A stretch of 52,415 bases of DNA from an uncultured Bacteroidota bacterium (GTDB lineage: Bacteria > Bacteroidota > Bacteroidia > Chitinophagales > Chitinophagaceae): NCBI GenBank assembly GCA_903899675.1, contig CAIUKP010000056.1, positions 1 to 52,415 on the forward strand, given 5' to 3'. The notes below the pieces were generated by a model that did no database searches, was not told the DNA's origin, and was given only the letters and a program-made list of their open reading frames with translations. The translations under genes were made by a program, and so were the position numbers. Shown piece after piece: positions 48,401 to 52,415 of the stretch. Each line of letters opens with the position of its first letter. Within the stretch, counting starts at the first letter, position 1.

Positions 48401-49894
48401 ATGAAAAAGAAATCGCCGGGTACGCCCATTAGTAGAAGTAATTTTTTAAAGCAAAGCGCCAAAACTGCGGGCTGGATGATACTTCCCCGATTTGTATTGG
48501 GCGGTAAAGGATATATTCCTCCCAGTGATAAATTATACATTGCTGCAATAGGATGTGGCGGGGAAGGGGAGAACGATATCAAACACCTGGCAACTACTCC
48601 CAACAAAAATTCAGTGATTGCCTTTTTGTGTGATGTAGATGAACGGCCAGCAGCAGCCAGAAGAAAGGAATTTCCGAAAGCCGGATTTTACAAAGATTGG
48701 CGTACGCTTTTTGAAAAGGAGCAGAAAAATTTTGATGCGGTAACCGTTGCCATACCCGATCATAACCATGCAGTAGTAGGTATGGCAGCTATGCAGTTGC
48801 GCAAACACCTCTATTTGCAAAAACCGCTCACCCATGATATTTATGAAGCGAGAAAAATTACCGAAGCTGCTGCTTACTATCAGGTAGTAACCCAAATGGG
48901 CGATCAGGGGGCTTCCTCCGACGGGATGAGAACCCTGCAAGAATGGATGGATGAAAAACTGATTGGAGAGGTAGAAAAAATTTATTGCTGGACCAACCGA
49001 CCTGTGTGGCCGCAGGGTATTGCTTGGCCAAAAACCCAATCTGCGATTCCCAAAGAGCTAGACTGGAACCTATGGCTAGGCACGGCACCTGATACAACCT
49101 ACATAAATAATCTGGTTCCTTTTAATTGGAGGGGATGGTGGCGTTTTGGTACTGGTGCGCTGGGCGACATGGGTTGCCATATCATGGGGCCGCCCTTTAA
49201 ATTACTGAAGCTAGGATACCCTACAGAGGTTTCCGGATCGGCCAGTACCTTATATTCAGGGGTATTTCAGGAAGCTGCTTTCCCTGAGAGCGGACCAGTT
49301 TCCAGCAGCTTACTATTTAAATTTAATCAAGCAAACGGAAAACCACTCGACCTGATTTGGATGGATGGGGGCATAGTACCGGAGCGACTATCAGAAATTG
49401 CGCCGGGTTTGAATATGAATGAGGCACTGGGCGATTGGCCCGGAGAAAATGACTTTGAGGGGGCTACTTTATTTATTGGAACCAAAGGAATGGTTTCCTG
49501 TGGTTGGGGGGGAAATCATCCCAGGGTAATTACTCCGGCATTGAAAGAAAAAGCTTTACAAATTCCTGCGAAATATCCCCGGGTTACAGGTGGCTCAGAT
49601 GGACATTGGTGGCAGTGGATTGATGGATGTATCAGCGGATACAAAAACGCCCAACTCAGCTCTCCTTTTGAGGGATATGCCGGTCCGCTCACCGAAACCG
49701 TGCTACTGGGTAATTTACTACTACAAAGTTTTCAACTGCAGGAGAAAATAACGCGCGGCACATCCGTTGAAACCTCGTTTCCACATCGGTATAAAAGCCT
49801 TTTATGGGATGGGCCAAACATGCGGGTAACCAACCTGGATGCCGCCAACCAGTTTGTAAAAAGAACTTACAGAAATGGTTGGGGAAGCTTATAA
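48401..49894 (+). CDS. Gfo/Idh/MocA oxidoreductase, paralog of 27691..29157
   Basis: PSDKL, PDHNH, QKPLTHDIYEAR, GTGALGDMGCH and WDGPNMR shared with the first copy. Confidence 0.88.
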   Translation: MKKKSPGTPISRSNFLKQSAKTAGWMILPRFVLGGKGYIPPSDKLYIAAIGCGGEGENDIKHLATTPNKNSVIAFLCDVDERPAAARRKEFPKAGFYKDWRTLFEKEQKNFDAVTVAIPDHNHAVVGMAAMQLRKHLYLQKPLTHDIYEARKITEAAAYYQVVTQMGDQGASSDGMRTLQEWMDEKLIGEVEKIYCWTNRPVWPQGIAWPKTQSAIPKELDWNLWLGTAPDTTYINNLVPFNWRGWWRFGTGALGDMGCHIMGPPFKLLKLGYPTEVSGSASTLYSGVFQEAAFPESGPVSSSLLFKFNQANGKPLDLIWMDGGIVPERLSEIAPGLNMNEALGDWPGENDFEGATLFIGTKGMVSCGWGGNHPRVITPALKEKALQIPAKYPRVTGGSDGHWWQWIDGCISGYKNAQLSSPFEGYAGPLTETVLLGNLLLQSFQLQEKITRGTSVETSFPHRYKSLLWDGPNMRVTNLDAANQFVKRTYRNGWGSL

Positions 49895-49898
49895 TCCA

Positions 49899-51548
49899 TT
49901 ATTGAGCAGGCTGCAGTCGATAGGTTGCCAATAATCGGGAAGCAGGGTCGGCAACAAGGGCGGAAGGTGCTTTTGCCAGTGGAATCCGAAAAGTTTCTTG
50001 TTGCTTTTTCAACGTAAACTGATTCACCAAAGAACCAGCCCCCGACTGCTGTATTTCAATTTCGAGGGGAAGGGTATATAAATTTTCAGCACTGTCTTGC
50101 GCTAGGGTGATAGCAAGGGATTTGGAAGATGCTTCGTATTGCCAACTGATGGTGATATGCGGTATGCCCGAACGTAACAGCCACTGATCAAAAAAGGATT
50201 GCAGTTTTTTCCCGGAGGCTTTTTCCATTTCAGCTATAAAATTTCCGGTGGTGGCATTCGCATTAAAATACTTTTTATAATAACTACGAATCCCTTGTTG
50301 AAATGCGGGGTCGCCAATGGTATTGCGTAACATATGTAAAACCCAGGCACCTTTCTGATAGGTGATGGCACTGGTTACTTCTTCTTTTTCCGGGGAACGA
50401 TCAGCTACAATGGCAAAGTTTTTTCCGCCGGCATAATATCGTTCGATGGTTTGTTTGGCAGATTGTAATCCCTTAACAAATGCTTGCCGTCCGGCATCAT
50501 GTTCTACAAACAATAAAGTAAAATAGGTGGCAAAGCCTTCGCTCAGCCAAACATCATCCCAAGTAGATTCGGTTACTGCATTGCCAAACCATTGGTGGGC
50601 AATTTCGTGTATCACTACTTGTTGGGTTCTTTCAGATCTTGTACCCGTTACTAATTTTTCGGTATAGAAAATAGCCGAAGAGGTTTCCATTCCCCCACTC
50701 ACACTGGGCGCCTGAATATTGGCCAGCTTTTCGTAGGCGTAGGGACCAACATAATCGGTGTAAAACTGCAACACTTTTTTAGTGGGTTCGGCAAAATCGT
50801 AAAACCCTGCTGCGCGATTTTGGGGATGCACCCAGGTTTCTATAGATTTCCCCTGAAAGGTATCTACATACTGAACGGCATATTCCTGAATGCCCAATAC
50901 AAATAACCAAGGCGACACCGGAACCGATTGTTTCCAGTGTGTCAGTTTCGTTGAGTCGTTCAGCACCGACACTTCCTGTAATAAGCCATTAGAAATTACC
51001 TGATAGTGCGATGGAGCCGTAACCTTGAATTCTACAGTGGCTTTATCGGAAGGGTGATCAACCATGGGAAGCCAATGCCGTCCTTTGTTTGGCCAGTTAT
51101 CACTACTGAAGCTTCTTTTACCAAATTGGGTATTGCCAATTCGCATCCCGGTATAAGGTGATCCACTGTATCGAATTTCTATAGTTGCAACCAAGCCGCT
51201 GTCTCTAACATTACCCGGAAGTGATATCTGTAGGCGGTCTGATTGATGTGTATAGCTCAACAATTGACCTTTTAATTGCACAGAAACAACCTGCATACCT
51301 TTCCCTTGTCTTTCTTGATTGCTATTCGCCAAATCGAATTGAATGGCAGTAATACCTCGCTGCGTTATCTTGAAAGTTACCGAGGCGGTGCCGCTAATTT
51401 GATCAGAGGCATCAGTTACTGTAAGCGAAAAAGCATAATGAAGGATGTCTATTCCCCGTTGAAAAGGATAGGTATCGGCATATGCCATTCCATGGGTAAG
51501 TAAAATAACCGAAATGATTAAAATCTGAACTCTTTTGGTAAGGCGCAT
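49899..51548 (-). CDS. Secreted M1 family aminopeptidase
   Basis: Signal peptide; GGMET, HEIAHQWFGN (HEXXH), WLSEGFA, YQKG. Confidence 0.92.
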   Translation of the reverse strand: MRLTKRVQILIISVILLTHGMAYADTYPFQRGIDILHYAFSLTVTDASDQISGTASVTFKITQRGITAIQFDLANSNQERQGKGMQVVSVQLKGQLLSYTHQSDRLQISLPGNVRDSGLVATIEIRYSGSPYTGMRIGNTQFGKRSFSSDNWPNKGRHWLPMVDHPSDKATVEFKVTAPSHYQVISNGLLQEVSVLNDSTKLTHWKQSVPVSPWLFVLGIQEYAVQYVDTFQGKSIETWVHPQNRAAGFYDFAEPTKKVLQFYTDYVGPYAYEKLANIQAPSVSGGMETSSAIFYTEKLVTGTRSERTQQVVIHEIAHQWFGNAVTESTWDDVWLSEGFATYFTLLFVEHDAGRQAFVKGLQSAKQTIERYYAGGKNFAIVADRSPEKEEVTSAITYQKGAWVLHMLRNTIGDPAFQQGIRSYYKKYFNANATTGNFIAEMEKASGKKLQSFFDQWLLRSGIPHITISWQYEASSKSLAITLAQDSAENLYTLPLEIEIQQSGAGSLVNQFTLKKQQETFRIPLAKAPSALVADPASRLLATYRLQPAQ

Positions 51549-51656
51549 TGGAAAAAGGTTTTCCTAATGTAATACTTCTTACCCAAAAATTAGTTGGAAA
51601 AAAGAAAATACTAGGGCAGGGGTGCCAAATGCAATCAGCAACAGAAAACATTTTTT

Positions 51657-52415
51657 TTATAGTGGCACTGTTAATTTTACAGTTGTGCCAACTCCGGGAG
51701 AGCTGTTTAATGTAACCTCCCCACCCACCAAATGAATTCTGTTGAAAATATTCATTAATCCCAACCCTTCTGATGCAGGAGTTCCGGGATGGTAATCAAA
51801 TCCAATACCATCATCTTTAATTACCACATCAAAAGAATCGAGCTGATAGGTAAAAGTAACCAGTACATGATTAGCTTGTGCATGTTTAATAATATTTTGG
51901 AAACACTCTTGAATTACCCTAAATATTACTAATTGCTTTTTATGATCCGGTTCTTTCTTATTTCCATTACGGCTTACTTGCACCTGAAGCCTTCCTACTT
52001 TATTTATTCTTACTGCCTCTTGAGAAACCGAATCATATAGCCCAAGTAGCTGAATCCGGTCGCTGCTCATCCCCTTAGCAAGATCACGCAGGTCGGTCAT
52101 GGCTTTGCTGATGTTATCCTTAGCCTCGCTAATTAAATTATTGTCTTTTACTTCCTGCGCTTCTATTAAATTCAATTGCATTTTTGTTAAACTCAATAGT
52201 TGCCCTACATTATCATGTATTTCTTGACTGATATTATTCAAAGTGGCTTGCTGAATTTCGTTGCGGGCATTGTTCACTTCGTTGGCAATTTCGGCCTGGA
52301 GTTTTTCCTGTGCCGAACGCATTATATAAAGTTTTCGAGAATACGAGACAATCAAAAACACAAAAAACACAAAAAATAGCGCAACAAATATAGTCCCAAC
52401 AATTATGGCAAATAA
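51657..52415 (-). CDS. Sensor histidine kinase (HisKA_3/NarX type), 5' end outside the window
   Basis: EIHDNVGQ H-box, QE..QN..KHA, DDG.GF, GLGL.N; frame stays open (LFAIIVGTIFVALFF...) to the window edge. Confidence 0.9.
   Translation of the reverse strand, partial: LFAIIVGTIFVALFFVFFVFLIVSYSRKLYIMRSAQEKLQAEIANEVNNARNEIQQATLNNISQEIHDNVGQLLSLTKMQLNLIEAQEVKDNNLISEAKDNISKAMTDLRDLAKGMSSDRIQLLGLYDSVSQEAVRINKVGRLQVQVSRNGNKKEPDHKKQLVIFRVIQECFQNIIKHAQANHVLVTFTYQLDSFDVVIKDDGIGFDYHPGTPASEGLGLMNIFNRIHLVGGEVTLNSSPGVGTTVKLTVPL

Noticed and set aside
52353-52376. Short CAAAAA(A)CA tandem repeat
   Set aside because: Simply encodes the FFVFFVF transmembrane segment of the kinase

Overview
Gene-dense bacterial chromosomal window from a Bacteroidota organism, probably Chitinophagaceae-like (inferred from TAnnTTTG promoter -7 boxes and the gene families present). 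It holds about 54 CDSs; I saw no rRNA, tRNA, CRISPR array or transposase. In order it contains: (1) housekeeping genes coaX-lptC-CorC/HlyC-tatC-rpiB, an M28 peptidase and a deoxyhypusine synthase-like gene; (2) a cell-surface glycosylation cluster (methyltransferase, GT87, LegB-like dehydratase, nucleotidyltransferase, epimerase/reductase, GT2, deacetylase); (3) a GH9-CE4 fusion; (4) a 58-aa secreted Cys/Lys-rich peptide gene that the ORF track missed; (5) psd, cdsA and dusB; (6) a 10-gene 3-keto-glycoside (Gul/Lac-like) catabolic locus; (7) tadA, sodA and yidD; (8) a WYL regulator-RmuC-DUF2779 (Cas4-like plus DnaQ-like dual nuclease) operon with a structured intergenic element beside it; (9) a 5'-truncated sensor kinase. 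The strongest novelty candidates are the WYL-RmuC-DUF2779 module with its adjacent putative small RNA, and the small Cys-rich peptide. All family calls come from recognising motifs by eye; no searches were run.
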